Positions 11,953 through 23,710 of a DNA stretch of 64,000 bases are shown piece after piece (the stretch's first letter is position 1; every line of letters starts with the position of its first letter). Below the pieces are notes generated by a model that was not told the origin of the DNA, did no database searches, and saw nothing but the letters and a program-made list of their open reading frames with translations. Source of the DNA: Mustelus asterias (lineage: Eukaryota); NCBI RefSeq assembly GCF_964213995.1, contig NW_027590154.1, positions 806,001 through 870,000 on the forward strand, given 5' to 3'. The position numbers were made by a program, and so were the translations under genes.

Positions 11953-14744
11953 GTAATATTCGATAATTGATCCAGTGAGGGGAGTGGTTAATGGTTGGAC
12001 AGTGTTATTGTCTTTAATTGCAACATGGTGGAATAACTAATCAACTCTACTCAAGGGCAATTAGGGGTGACTCTAAATGAATAAAGAAAATCACAATGAT
12101 GGAACCTATCCTCACAAGTAAACAAATAATTTTGACAAAGCTTCTGCCCTATTCTGAAGCGTCGAGCCAATATGGAACAACTGCCATGAGTTTGTATATC
12201 GGCCGATGGCTCAATGGATGATACATCTGACCATGGGTCAGATGGTTCCATGTTCGAATTCTGGCTTGCTCGGTGCAACTTTTAAAATAAGTTTACAATT
12301 TCCATGTTACTTTCGATGACCGTCTTTAATAACTTTAGACCGACTCAGATAAATGCTGATGAACTGCAGTTTGCTTCTCTGCAGAGATGTTTCTTAGGAA
12401 ATTCTTTTTCAACAGAAACCGACTGTTTAAAGTTAAATTCTACTGAAAGATTAGCCTTAAGTAGGTTTAAACGAGCTTTTTTAAACGAACTTTTGATATA
12501 TTGTTTGGAAAACATGTTGATAAGTTTAAGCTTTTTTTTTAAAAGTTGGAGCCGTCTGGATGATGGTATGGAAAAGTTAATTCGGAAAATGCTGAAACTA
12601 GTTTCCAAAAAGTTGACCAACACTTGTCAAATTCTAAGGAAGAATTTGTTTCAAGTATGTTTAGTGCTAAGAAGTTCACAAGATATTTCAGTTCGATACC
12701 AGTTTTTCAAATGTTGACCAATTCTAGTTAAACCCCATGGAGAAATATCTTTGAATAAGTTTCGTTTTGAAACGTTCACAAATTAGCCAGAAGGTGGAGA
12801 TGTTGTAGTTGTTCTCCAAGGGAGCGGAGGAGATTGAGGAGAGATGTAATCGAGGTGGATGAGATTCGGACAGGTTTTGCTCAGGTAGATAAATAAAATA
12901 TGTTCCCATTAACTCGTGGTGCTAACGGGTCGGGGCATGGAAGGGGACATTTTTTTAAGGTTTTGGGCAATTGACGGAGGGGGGAGGGCGATGGAGGAGG
13001 AACATTTTTCCGCAGTGAGTACTAAGCACCAGAACACTTTGCCTCCGAGAGTGGTGGATGGGGTTATTTTAGGTAAATAGAAATTCTGAGGCCGGAAGGT
13101 TGACCTCCTCAGAAAGAAAATGGATCTCTAGGAACATTATGTGGCCGCTAAAAGGAACTGCTCGATTGAATTTGACCTGTAAAGGCACCCACTGCTGTGT
13201 TGTTTGTTAAGAATCTCGCTGATGTTAAATGTGAGGGTACCCCAAAGTACAAAAAGATTAATTGGAACACAAATTATTAATTGTGGGAATTTTCAATTTG
13301 ATACAATGTATAAAAAAAGGAAATGAGTGAGACATGGCCCAGCCTTGTTGCAAATAATTAATAATTGATAGTTATTAAATTAAAGCAGGCACACAACAGT
13401 TCAGCAGGACACTTAACTTCAATAATGGCCACACACACAAAGTATCTCATGAGCATCTCCCCTTTTCCCAGCTGTCCAGGTTCCTGACCTCTGAGAACTG
13501 CCCCTCTCCCTAATATCATTCGAAATTATCTAACCAAATGAGTTCAATGCAGATTATAGTGACCAGCCACGGGTCATTTTCCAGTTTGGGAAACTTTCTT
13601 CAGTCCAGCGTAGCGGTTCTTCTCTGTTAGAGTTTCTTTTTAAACAGCAGCTTTTTTCTGTACATTGCCTTTCTGCAGAGTGCTTTCTCCAGCTGGCTGT
13701 GGCTATTGTAGTCGCTATTCCTCTCCTCCTGTACGCAGCTCCCATGGCTATAGTTTCCATTCCATTTGATATTCTGCTATTTTATTTACACCTCTTCACT
13801 TCAATCCATAATCACTCAAGTCCACATTTGTTTTCCTGCGGTTTTGCTAATTCGCATATCAAAAACCCCTTCAGACAGATGTACTTTTATTAATCCAATC
13901 CTCCAGCTTATTTTATCCAAATTTGAACTTAAATCTTTATATTTATAAATCTTGTAATGTTCTGGGGACGGAAGTTGGGGGTGGCCTCCATTCTGAACGC
14001 GAGAGGCAGGCCAAGGCTTTCTTCAGGGAAGTCCTAATATCTGCACACCATGTTGTTCGGGCCTGGGTGAAAGATTTTAGTCGGAATTCCACTGCGAACG
14101 AGAGCGGAGAAATTGGTGCTCAGCCAAATCTACGTTTGCTGCAGCGGGACCGGAGAAATCCAGCTGCGGTCGAGGTCAGAGAAACTCATGTCATAGCATT
14201 CTGCGTCCACCTGGTCGCAGTTGGATCACAGCTATGTTTCCAGACTGTAGAGCTTTTCCATGTCAATGATTTTTAAAGGAGGTCCTCTCCCAGTTTTTGC
14301 TCCACTAGTCAATGTCTCTGGTCACTTTGCACCAGATTGTATTGCTATTGATATTGCAGGAAGTCCTCTTTTATTTTGACATGTGAGTCGGCTTCTGATG
14401 ATAACAACCAGATCCTGCCTTACGTAATACTTCATTGGATCTTACCTATGCTTAACTGGCAGTTTGTGTTTGTTGTAAATAACAAAATATATCTTTCCAT
14501 GTTATTATATGGCTTAGCTAATTTATTATTGTACTGGACGTTCCCCCTGCCCACGTTACCTGAGGTCATTGTCTGATTTCATATTACACTCGACAACTTT
14601 CTGTTTATACTATATGGTATCACTCCATGTCTCTTTGTAAAGTCAGATCGTCGCTTTTTCATGCATTCCGCTCAACTGTGTCCCTGTTTGCATTTGAGAA
14701 TCATCGGCATATATAGAACACATCTCTGTTAATGTTACAGGTCA

Positions 14745-14995
14745 TGATGTGGAGATGCCGGCGTTGGACTGGGGTAAACACAGTAAGAGTTTTAACAACA
14801 CCAGGTTAAATTCCAACAGGTTTATTTGGTAGCAAATGCCATTAGCTTTCGGAGCGCTGCTCCTTCGTCAGATGGAGTGGAAATCTGCTCTCAAGCAGGG
14901 CACAGAGACACAAAATCAAGTTACAGAATATTGATTAGAATGCGAATCTCTACAACCAACCAGGTCTTAAAGATACAGACAATGTGAGTAGAGGG
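14745..14995 (-). mobile_element. Penelope-like element terminal fragment
   Basis: tgatgtggagatgccggcgttggactgggg...aacaccaggttaaa family, same as 28440-28990. Confidence 0.8.
14839..14875 (-). ncRNA. Minimal type I hammerhead ribozyme motif with an intact core
   Basis: Minus strand: ccat-CUGACGA-a-ggagc(agc)gcucc-GAAA-gc-U-A-augg; stem I ccat/atgg, stem II ggagc/gctcc. Confidence 0.7.
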
Positions 14996-16785
14996 TGGCC
15001 AGGTCTTTGATATGAATGCACTGAATTGTGCGTCAGATTTATTACACTGGGACCTGATTCATTGATCTCCTTGTGTTACTCTTATGCCTGGATTACTTCG
15101 TGGACTATAACAAATTATTGTTCACAATGCTTGAGGCCATTCCCAATTACTGCTGCACAAGATTCTCTATCTGTTCATATCGCACCCTGTTTATATCACA
15201 CTATATGGTGTTATATCTATTAATGTTATCCCGTACAAACGTTTATATCACAATCATCCTACCTCAATTGTTAATGCACACAAATTACCTCCATTTGTAT
15301 TACACTAAAACCCTGCCTCAGCTATGAGCGCACCAGAATATGTATCAGTTTTTAAAAGACTAGGCCCTGCCTCTGTTCTACGACAGTACAGCTTGTCTAC
15401 ATTTCTATTGTATTGGATACTGCTTATGTAATTTGCCGACTTGTCTGTTATCTCTGCACCATGTCTCCTATCTATAACTTATATCGTTACCGTGCTGTAT
15501 TGCTGTGCCCTGTTTCGAGCGTGGCAGCTGCTAATATTGCGCTTGGACCTGGCTCACTTATTACAGCAGAAGACAATGCCACTACTTACGTTAGAAAAAT
15601 GTGCATCTTGCCTATATTGTCCCGTTCCTGTCGCAGGTATCACTGTAGTAGACATGTCCGTGTCCCGAGTACACTGGACCCTGTATCAGTAGTTACTGCA
15701 ATGAATAAAATATGTTTTTCCATTCCTAAATGATTGTCAGTCCGTAAACATCGCCCCTGTGTCAATTAAATCAGAACTAAACCATGTCTTCGTTTCAATT
15801 ATACCAGACGCTTCCTCAGATTCCGAACAGCACTGTGCGTGTACCTACACCTCTGGGACAGCAGAGGTTCAAGAGAAGGCAGCTGAACACAACCTTCTCA
15901 AGGGCAACTAAGGTTCGACAATAAATGCAGGTCTGACCAGTGACACCCAAAGAACAAAGACCAAAGAACAATACAGCACAGGAACAGGCCCTTCGGCCCT
16001 CCAAGCCCGCGCCTCTCCCTGGTCCCAACTAGACCATTCTTTTGTATCCCTCCATTCCCACTCATATCTGATCCATTATTTCTAAAATACAATTACAGCA
16101 CGCACACACATACACACACACACAATAGATATCAGTTAGTGCTTTACAAGAATATGTTCCTGCTAAAATGTATTAGACATTGATTCTGTTTATATTACAC
16201 AAGGTATGCCTTTATTTTGCAGCAAGATACCTTGCATTTATTTATAAAACTATTTATCTGTTCATATTACTCTGCTTTCTGTGTCAACTAATACTACACT
16301 GGACCATAACTTAAGCAGGCACATACGTGTTCTTTGCGATCTAAACGGACTAGCGCTCATACGTGTTTCTTGTTTCTATTTTTCATTGAGTCATTTCTGC
16401 TGTTTGTTCTGAAAAGCGTTTCGGATCTTCAATGGAGTGATCGTGTCTCAACGAAACTAAACTCAGTGTGGGCACGTGGTCAAATAGACTTGCACATTAC
16501 ATTCTGGAATATATTGACAGCACTTTAGAAATGACACCTGTTCAACTTTTCCTGATCTCCTTTCTAATGCGTATAATAGAATATGTGAAGCCTTTATTGA
16601 TGCGAATTGTCAGTCTGTCCCCTATACTATGTAAATATTGAGATGTACTTCTTTCTCTATTGTATACAATCCAGATGCCTCCTGTAATAGTTAGATTGCG
16701 ATTGATTTTCCTCATTTTCGAAGAGGGAGAGATATGCTCGTAATCAATAAAGTGGTTATGTAATGTTTTACATGTTATGTTGCAG

Positions 16786-17094
16786 GTAAAATCCAAGGGA
16801 ATTCGGTTCCACAGTGTCAACTTAAGTTAAAGGTATCTGAGGGAGCTAATGTGCAATTGAACTTCAGTTCTGTTGATCCGGATCGCTACTGGAACCAGCC
16901 ACTCCAGTTTATATTGTATCGGGATAACACCAAGAACGCCGAGTTTTCCGAAGGAAAATTCGATGCTCGACATTTCCGTCAATATCAGGTTTTCACTTTG
17001 TCAATTTTTACAGTGGGGACTAAAGACAGCGCCCTCTATTTCTGTGGATTGAGTATCATGATGCTTCAAACCGGCTGCGACCCGAACAAAAACC
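16786..17094 (+). pseudogene. TCR alpha/delta V pseudogene (frame open, but first Cys lost, internal deletions, heptamer degenerate)
   Basis: tgcag|GKIQGNSVPQ...VQLNF(not C)...YWNQPLQFILY...DSALYFCGLS; perfect nonamer acaaaaacc at 17086-17094 but heptamer catgatg; no leader found. Confidence 0.8.
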
Positions 17095-18215
17095 TCGTTA
17101 AAACGCAACGAAGTCGGGGAGATCAGCAAAGGCATCTTCCAACCATGAAAAATAAAATCCCTCGTTTATATAATGATTCACAAAACCTAACAGTTTTGTT
17201 CTGACAAATTGTTGTCAAGGTTTACAGGCATCGGTTCCGTTTAGTGAATAGAGAAACTGAATTTGTCCCCTTGGAAAAGAGAAGGTCCAGGTGAATTTAA
17301 AATGAAGTGTCAAAACTAATGAAAGGTTTTTAAATAATATATGACGAGGAATTATTTACATGGGCAGCAAGGATGACAATGAAAAGATACTGATTAAAAA
17401 TAATAAGTAAATAGAAATGCTGGAGAAATTTATGATTATGTTCAAAGCGCGCCGTTATGATCTTCAAAACACTGCCTGAAAGACTGGTGGAAGCATTTGC
17501 AGTGATAAATAACTGGGCGCATGTTGGAAAAAGATCAAAGTAGAGGACAAAAAAATATGTATCTGATCTGAAGGAATAGCTCTTGTAGACGAGAAGTACA
17601 AACAACTTAGCCGAATGCCTTCCTTCTGTGTCGTTTTATCCAGTGATTCAATAAATCATATCCAATCCTAACTCCGGCATAAACAACCGTTCCTGCTGTT
17701 GTCTCTCGTTCAGAATCCTAAGAGTGCCTCCAGAATAACACCTGGAAGCACCTTCCACATTCACACTGACGTGGTGCAGGATGAGACCACAACGTGTTTA
17801 TGTGAGGTTCGCGATGGACAATAAATAGTGGTCTTGCTGTAATCGCCGATAACTAGAGAAGAGATAGAACAAACCAAAAATATATGGCACCTTATGAGAA
17901 TCAGCACATAATTTCATCCTCGCTTCGCATAATTCATCCGTTCCTTTTTAATTGTGTCTTGTTCGCTCTCGATGTTTTCCTTTATTTCAGGCCTGTTTCC
18001 TCTCTGCCAGTTTCTCTCATTCACTTCTTTGCATCTATAATCAAGTTCAATGGCAAATTACATGGCCAATTGTTATTTTTTCTGAACAAGTGGCGTGAGG
18101 GGGGAAGGGGCGGGGCTGAATTCCAAACACAAGCCCCGCCCAGAGCAGTGACGCGGTCAGATGGTGTAACAGGACCTGGAGAGACTGTATCTGAGCAGCC
18201 AGCACTCTTACTAAC

Positions 18216-18841
18216 ATGCTGCTCCCCAGTTATCGCATTGCTACTTTATATGAGTAAACGATTTCCCGAGACACTTCCTCTCCTTCTGTTTTAGCTTTCT
18301 GTACAACAGTCGCTTAATTTAAAAGATTACAATAGTAAATTCATCCATATCTCCAACATGCGATTCAAGGAGATCACTGGCCAAGAAATAATGGGGCACT
18401 TCTGTTTTTGTCATTTGGTTATAGTGTGGCTGATGTTCGGTATGTAAAACCATAACTTCTTATCTGCTGGCAGCATTGTGATGCTAATGGTCCCGCCGCT
18501 CAGTATTGCGTTAAAACTTTCCTTGTGTTCTATTCAGGGCTGATTCAAGCAGACTCTGTGTCGCAACCTCAGACTGAACTGTATATTACTGAAGGAGATA
18601 GAGTGAAAATGGACTGCAGCTACACGACAAGTTACAGCGATCCCGACCTTTACTGGTACAGACAGCACAGGGACCAGGCTCCGCATTTTATTTTGTACCT
18701 AGATAGAAGCAGCAGAAGAGACGCAGATTTTGCCAAGGGAAAATTCAAGGCCGGTCAGACGAATGCAGAAAATAATTTTCCTTTAACGCTTACTCGAGCA
18801 GAAATCCAAGATACCGCTGTCTATTTCTGCGCGTTGAGAGA
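18216..18841 (+). CDS. TCR alpha/delta V segment. V exon 18538-18841 is intact; leader 18216-18253 carries a +1 frameshift (possible pseudogene)
   Basis: V exon LIQADSVSQPQ...MDCSY...YWYRQ...DTAVYFCALR; the leader reads MLLPVIALLLYM only if one C of the CCCC run is removed. Confidence 0.85.
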
Positions 18842-18880
18842 CACAGAGGTTTAAAACTCATCTATCGCTGTACATAAACC
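18842..18880 (+). promoter_or_regulatory. 23-RSS
   Basis: cacagag + 23 bp + acataaacc. Confidence 0.9.
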
Positions 18881-20199
18881 TCATCAAACAGAACTGGCAC
18901 AGGTGGTGTGATGTGGAGATGCCGGCGTTGGACTGGGGTAAACACAGTAAGAAGTTTAACAACACCAGGTCGCCAGTTCAAGTTCTATCCGCGGTTCCGT
19001 GTTAACTTACATTTCCGAATTCTATCGCGTCTAATTCAGGAAACTGTGGGTTCAGGTCTCCCTCCAGAGACCTGAGCGCACATTCAGCTGCCACTTACAC
19101 TGCCAGTACAAATGGAGTCGGAGCGTCGCCGCAGTGAATTGCTCAGATAAAGAACTAAATAGAGGATCCGCCTGGTCTTTCTGGAGGGTCGTAAACACTT
19201 GACCGCACTCACCTCTAAAGCAAGGCAATTCTCTAAGACATTTACACCTCCGTCGACAAGCTACAGTAGATGATCATGTTACGTGGGATCTTGTTCTGTT
19301 CATAGCGACTCTTTCCTCCATTACAATAGTGACTGCACTTCAGATTTATTTCATATTTGTTGCGGGCAGGCTGGATGGACTCGGCCGTCCTTCTCTGTCT
19401 GTCATTGTTGGCAGCAATAGAAAATAATGCAACTTGCGGGCCTGCAAACATCTTTTTCAGTTTCCCACTCATCACTCATCCAAACAATGCCAATTGCCTG
19501 ACTGGGCCTTAGGCCCGGTCCTGGGATGCTGAGTTTTCAAATAACCGAACTTTGGTTTCTGTACCAATCCAGCGACAGCGCTTGAACTCAGTCCTCTGAA
19601 AGGTCCTTAGTTCCTCGCGTGCAATATCTCACTGGATTCCAAACCGTTTTCCTTCACCTTTCAGATCATTTGTCTCATTATCCTGCTCAAGCTCTCTTCT
19701 CAATCTTCTCCTCATCCACATTCTGCACAAGAGTGTTTTTAATGACCTCGTTGCTATTCTTTGAGCGAAGGACAGCGAAAACCACAGGATGTTAGTTATA
19801 CCAATCAGGAAAAAAAAACCTGATGAAATATACGTGTTCAACCGAGTTTTATCTGGTTGTTTGCAAACATGGGCAATTTATTCTGACAAATGCTTGTTCA
19901 GAAATCGGAAAGATGGCAGCATTAAACTCGAGACTTTCAGCTGTTATTGTGCTCCCTGTGTGGGAGTTAGAGAGGGGGTGCTGTGAAGCGGTGAGAACTG
20001 AGTAAAAGATGGGGAAGAGCAATCATGGAAATGTTACAGTATATCATAAAGCAATGCAGTGCAATGGAAAACAGTCAGCTGCTGAAAGTGACCGGCACCG
20101 ACAGGCCCACATGTTCCTAAGTGAATAAGCGATGAAGAGTTCTTGGGATTACCTACCAGGTCTGCTGTTTGCAGATGATAGAAAATGTTGCTGTAATGA

Positions 20200-21100
20200 G
20201 CTGTGAGAAGGATGCAGAGATGCTTCAGCGTGATTTGGACAGGCTGAGTGTGTGGGTATGTGCATGGCAGATGCAGTATAATTTGGATGCAGTATAATGT
20301 GAGGTTATCCATTTTTGTAGCAAAAATAGGAAGACAGATTATCACTTGAATGGGTATAAATTGAGAGAGGTTGATATTCAACGGCGACTTGGACATTGTG
20401 CATCAATTGCTGAAATTAAGCGCGCAGGTGTAGCAGGCAGCAAAGAAGGCAAATGACATGTTGGCCTTCATAGCAAGTGGATTTGAATTTAGGGATAAGG
20501 ATGTTTTACTGCTGTTGTATCAGGCTTTGGAAAGGCCAAATCTGAAGAATTGTGTACAGTTTTGGTGTCCTTATCTGAGGAAAGAAGTCCTTATAATCGA
20601 GGGAGTACAGCGAAGATTTACCAAACGGATTCCTGTGATGGCAAGTCTGTCATATGAGGAGAGACTAAGTCGGTTAGGATTATATTCATTGGAGTTCAGA
20701 AGAGTCAGAGAGGATCTCACAGAAATTTATAAAATTCTAAGAGGGTTAGACAGGGTAGATTCAGAAAGAATGTTCTCAATGCTGTCCGAGTCCAGAATTA
20801 GGGGTCATAGTTTGAGGATAAGGGGTAAACCATTTAGTACTGAAGTGAGGAGAAATTTCTTCAGTCGGGGTGGTGGTGAATGGATGGAATTCACTGGCAC
20901 CGAATGTAGTTGAGGGCAAAACGTTGTCTGATTTCAAGAAGAAATTAGGTATAGCTCTTGGAGTTAAAGGGTTCAAGGGATGTGGAGAGAATGGGGGATC
21001 AGGATATTGGATTTCATGATCAGCCATGATCAAGATGAATGGCGGAGCAGGCTCGAAGGGCCAAATGTCCTACTCCTGCTTCTAGTTCCTATTTTTCTAT
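20200..21100 (+). mobile_element. CR1 LINE 3' fragment
   Basis: ORF 20458-20913 CVQFWCPYLRKEVL...VQRRFTK...LGLYSLEFRR; 3' UTR gaatggcggagcaggctcgaagggcc. Confidence 0.9.
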
Positions 21101-21232
21101 ATATCAATTAACAGAGGGCAATTGGATACCCCTCTCTATGTGTTTCAGTGGCTGACAGCCTCATTGTGATTGCACCTTTCCGAAATTCTGGACAATTTCA
21201 CCAGGCAGGAACTGCAGTTTCAGTCGGAAGAC

Positions 21233-21579
21233 TGTTTTTGTACTGAGTTGGTACTGTTTTCTATTACTGTGAGTCCCAGGGCGCAGTAATAAACGGCGGC
21301 GTTAGTCGGCTGCAGGTCCACGATGGTTAACTTTGTGGTGGAGTCTGACAGCTGGAGTCTGAAGCAAAACGGTTCCCTAACGCCGAGCCTTTCCATTCCA
21401 TAACATCTCAAGGCCTCTCCACACAACAAACTGGGGCTCTTTCGCTGTTTGCTGTTGGTACCAAAATACATAATACCTTACTTCTGTAGTGCTAGAGGTA
21501 CACTTTATAGTCTCGGCTTCACTTTCTTTGACGCCCACTGATGCCCGGGACTGAGTAATGTAATCTCCATAACTCTGAT
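21233..21579 (-). pseudogene. TCR alpha/delta V pseudogene (frameshifted) with a 23-RSS
   Basis: ttgcag|DQSYGDYITQ...IKCTSS...FWYQQ in one frame and ...LTIVDLQPTNAAVYYCALG in another; RSS cacagta + 23 bp + acaaaaaca (21233-21271); a CR1 insertion sits just upstream of the acceptor. Confidence 0.88.
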
Positions 21580-21594
21580 CTGCAACGTGTTCAG

Positions 21595-22016
21595 GAACAT
21601 AGAACATAGGTAGAACATAGAACAGTACAGCACAGAACAGGCCCTTCGGCCCACGATGTTGTGCCGAGCTTTATCTGAAACCAAGATCAAGCTATCCCAC
21701 TCCCTATCATCCTGGTGTGCTCCATGTGCCTATCCAATAACCGCTTAAATGTTCCTAAAGTGTCTGACTCCACTATCACTGCAGGCAGTCCATTCCACAC
21801 CCCAACCACTCTCTGTGTAAAGAACCTACCTCTGATATCCTTCCTATATCTCCCACCACGAACCCTATAGTTATGCCCCCTTGTAATAGCTCCATCCACC
21901 CGAGGAAATAGTCTTTGAACGTTCACTCTATCTATCCCCTTCATCATTTTATAAACCTCTATTAAGTCGCCCCTCAGCCTCCTCCGCTCCAGAGAGAACA
22001 GCCCTAGCTCCCTCAA
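21595..22016 (-). mobile_element. Young CR1 3' fragment inserted just upstream of the V exon (presumed intron)
   Basis: LGLFSLERRRLRGDLIEVYK...; (TTCTATG)n tail; near-identical to 25317-25730. Confidence 0.92.
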
Positions 22017-22942
22017 GACAAGACTGGACATTAACAAAAACGTAACACTTTAGTTTGAATGGAACACTGATGAAATCATCCTCACCATCCAAAATCATCC
22101 CAAACACAATCCAGAATCTGAATATCTGCACGGCTGCTGCCGAGCCCGAACCTCTCTCTCCCTTTATAATGTCAAACCCGGACCAGTTAAAAAAACACAC
22201 AGGACTGAATTGGTCAAAATCTCTTCCTCCTGCCATCATTTGCCGGCAATGACACAATCCACAAGATACTTAAATCAGATTCAAATTGGGGGCCTGGGTT
22301 AGCTGATGTTCTTTCACCGAAAGGATTAAATATTTCCTGGTGGGATCAGTCATTCAGTGAGTGCACTCAAACCAGCAAGTTAACTGTCTTTACTGAGGTC
22401 TGTGATTCATTTCCTGGGGCCACTGATCTTGTTCCACTGATGTGTGATTATATTAAATGGGGCCACTGATAAAATATAATCACACATCAGAAATCGAATA
22501 AGATTATATTAAAGAGCATGTTGGCCTCTCTGTCTTTGTCTCAGGCCCCTCTCGCTCTCTCTTGTTATCTCCCTAATTCTCCCTCTCCCTCTTCTCTATT
22601 CTTCTTACTTTCTTCTTTTCTATTTTTCTGATCCTAACTCTTTCTTTTACTCTCTGCGTCCATCTTGGCGTCCAGCGCGCTACCTCTTTGTGCCTCACGG
22701 CCTTTGACTCCCTTTTTTCGCTGCCGTTCTTTCTTCCTGTTTATTTTTCCTTGCCTTTCTGTCACCCTATTTTCTCAGGACCTCAATCATTCAGAATGCG
22801 TTTACACACCGATTAACTCTATTTCTGACTACATTCACACAGCAATAAACGGTCTCGGTCTGATTCTGCAACTGCCAGAGGTGAAGGTTCAGAGTTCACA
22901 AACTGAACTCCCATCACTCGGCTGATGTTGCAGTCCAGCGAT

Positions 22943-22981
22943 AGTTTCCGTACGGGGCTTGTATCAGTTTGTATCACTGTG
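22943..22981 (-). promoter_or_regulatory. 23-RSS with a weak nonamer
   Basis: cacagtg + 23 bp + acggaaact. Confidence 0.8.
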
Positions 22982-23289
22982 AATGATCAGCGCACAATAA
23001 TACACCCCACTGTCACTCAGCTGTACATCTGTCAGGGCTAAACTGAAGAAACGATCCAATACTCGGAGTTTTGACCAGAATCGGCCTCCCACACGCTCAG
23101 CTTTCTCTGCTTCTCCCTCCGAATTCCTTTTGATTAAAAATACCGGCTCCTCCCTCGGTTTTTGTCGGTACCAGAGAAGATCATAGCGGCGGCTGTCTGT
23201 GGAGAATGAACAGGGCAACACCATGCGTTCTTGCTCCAAACATGATACTGACGGTGCAGTTTGCTTTACAGTATCAGAATAACACAGTC
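22982..23289 (-). CDS. TCR alpha/delta V exon (open frame); leader exon not identified
   Basis: ttgaag|GLCYSDTVKQTAPSVSCLEQERMVLPCSF...LWYRQ...DSGVYYCALI; extra Cys in FR1. Confidence 0.88.
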
Positions 23290-23564
23290 CTTCAAAAGGT
23301 AACCAGAAAACAGATATATGTTTAAATATGAGGAACCTCAGTCAACATTCATTCATTCTCCTGGACATAGAATCATTGAATGTTACAACAAATAAAGAGA
23401 ACATTCAGTATATATTACCCGCATTGACAGACGAAGGAGTTACTATTTTATCCCGCAGTCTGTTCTTTCCGCATTGCACTGAAAATCTCCGACCTTCAAA
23501 TATTCATGCAGTTTCTTAACAGTTAAGATGAAATTTACTTTAATTTATATTTCAATCAGCATAT

Positions 23565-23710
23565 AGAAACGGAATCTGCTGCAGAAACTCAGCAGGTCTG
23601 GCAGCATCTGTGAAGACAGAAACAGAGTTAACGTCTGGAGTCCATATGACTTTTGTTCAGATTCTGTAGAAGAGTCATATGGACTCAAAATATTAAATTT
23701 CTTTCTCTCT
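23565..23710. mobile_element. Second Penelope-like terminal family (inverted structure). Other copies at 32865-33035 and 59572-59757
   Basis: ctcagcaggtctggcagcatctg, with its complement cagatgctg(c/t)cagacctgctg in the other copies; degenerate CTGANGA..gagtc/gactc..GAAAC core. Confidence 0.6.

Larger units (their letters stand above)
14300..16780 (-). repeat. Reverse-complement copy of the degenerate ~26 bp array seen at 530-1860, interrupted by TE fragments
   Basis: Units such as ccctgtatcagtagttactgca, ccctgtgtcaattaaatcagaact, tctgtgtcaactaatactacactggacc. Confidence 0.45.
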
